Position numbers and translations under genes: made by a program. A stretch of DNA of 41,750 bases, taken from the IMG/VR virus record IMGVR_UViG_3300025949_000007; one strand, given 5' to 3'. Position 1 is the stretch's first letter. Each line of letters begins with the position of its first letter. Source of the stretch: a virus. Below are positions 40,876 through 41,750 of this stretch, piece after piece. The notes under the pieces are model-generated. The model did no database searches. It worked only from the letters and a program-made list of their open reading frames with translations, and was not told the origin of the DNA.

Positions 40876-41198
40876 GACCACCAGTACCCGACGTCGTCAT
40901 AGGTTCCGTGGTGCTGACTGCCATGCTCCGCGCCCAGTTCGCAATCTATGACGACATTGTTGCCCACCAACTTGCGACCATTGCACGGCAAACTGGCGAT
41001 GGTCATACGAGCGAGGTTCAGCCGCCCCACCACGGCGTCACCGTACTTCGCGCGAAAGAGCACGCCAACGTAGTACCTCGTCCCGTCTTCGTCGATGACG
41101 TACAGGTTGTTGTTCTCCCGACCGACCGTCCATCTGCCCGTGACCAGCACGCGATCCGAACACTCGACATCGGCCGTGTTCAGCCACTGCTCAGTCAT
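40872..41198 (-). CDS. Hypothetical protein (108 aa)
   Basis: ATG 41198 with GGGAG RBS. Trimmed from track ORF 40872..41288. Confidence 0.6.
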   Translation of the reverse strand: MTEQWLNTADVECSDRVLVTGRWTVGRENNNLYVIDEDGTRYYVGVLFRAKYGDAVVGRLNLARMTIASLPCNGRKLVGNNVVIDCELGAEHGSQHHGTYDDVGYWWS

Positions 41199-41454
41199 TG
41201 CGCTCCCACGTTCTGCCGTCTTCGTTGACGTGATTACCGACATGCCCCAACGTGCGAACGCACCGCGAGGGGAAACGCGAGTCGCCACAGATGAGCGGCT
41301 GCATCACCTCGTCACTATCACCCATCGCCGCGATCACCGGCGCAGCCAGCGCGTCCACGATAGAATCGAGCCGCGCCGAGTCGTGCCCGTGCTCCGTGTG
41401 CACGCCGACGTAGAACCCCATGCGGATGAGGCCACGCACCAGGTCGGCGTTCAC
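41191..41454 (-). CDS. Hypothetical protein (87 aa)
   Basis: GTG 41454 overlaps the upstream stop (GTGA). Trimmed from track ORF 41191..41523. Confidence 0.55.
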   Translation of the reverse strand: MNADLVRGLIRMGFYVGVHTEHGHDSARLDSIVDALAAPVIAAMGDSDEVMQPLICGDSRFPSRCVRTLGHVGNHVNEDGRTWERND

Positions 41455-41750
41455 AGGTCGATCGCCTCGCCTTCGGCCATCCCGTCGGTCACCCGCGGGA
41501 ACAGAGCGCCGCACACGTCGCACTGATGGTCGCTGCCGCCAGGGCCGTCAGCGTGCCCTGGCGTCTTGTTGCAGATGTGGGCGTGACCGCCGACGGGATC
41601 AACCAACTCCACGCCGCACGTCTCCGCGGCGGCCCCTGTCTGCTCCTTCACCAACTGCGCCGCCTGGTCCAGGATGGACTGTCGGATCTCGTCGGACAGC
41701 ACGAACGGCGGCGCATCCACCTGGCGCACCTGCATGTTCTTGAAATCCGG
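41451..41750 (-). CDS. C-terminal part of the junction-spanning gene (same gene as 1..322)
   Basis: The frame of ORF 41451..41735 stays open to the window end. Bases 41624-41750 duplicate 1-127. The C-terminus has HAHICNKTPGH ... HQCDVC. Confidence 0.65.
   Translation of the reverse strand, partial: PDFKNMQVRQVDAPPFVLSDEIRQSILDQAAQLVKEQTGAAAETCGVELVDPVGGHAHICNKTPGHADGPGGSDHQCDVCGALFPRVTDGMAEGEAIDL
41624..41750. repeat. End overlap copy B (identical to 1-127)
   Basis: Exact match read base by base. Confidence 0.95.

Overview
High-GC window (about two-thirds G+C by eye, with very strong G/C at codon position 3). Its first 127 bases are identical to its last 127, so it is a closed circular contig of about 41.6 kb. 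The content is a complete tailed-phage genome of actinobacteriophage style: a siphovirus-like morphogenesis module, many GTG starts, and long runs of ATGA/GTGA-coupled genes.

Two arms diverge from a compact switch at 6646-6761.
- Rightward arm (+ strand, 6762-18036): about 30 mostly small genes. They include an SF2 DEXH helicase, a RecB-like PD-(D/E)XK exonuclease, a LuxR-type HTH regulator, several Cys-rich mini-proteins and a tRNA-like element.
- Leftward arm (- strand, from 6645 down through the contig junction to 18105): RHH regulator, prim-pol/helicase, nuclease, large terminase, portal, MuF-like protein, ClpP-like protease, HK97-like capsid, head-tail joining genes, two tail-tube paralogues, G/GT chaperones and tape measure. 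Lysis genes then follow, interleaved with tail-fibre and Dit-like genes.

I saw no integrase, DNA polymerase, partition genes, reverse transcriptase, CRISPR array or rRNA.

Most noteworthy observations:
- A recurrent (D/N)PF(A)AP peptide motif shared by six replication/recombination-arm proteins.
- A candidate iteron-type origin in the 3' end of the primase-helicase gene.
- A conserved promoter/operator box that appears to give leaderless late transcripts.
- A tRNA-like element with an aberrant anticodon arm, ending 2 nt before an SD-less ORF.
- Two paralogous micro-ORFs for WH-motif membrane peptides upstream of the terminase.
- Two places where the coding frame changes without a stop.

All calls come from reading the sequence and the ORF track. 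No database search was run.
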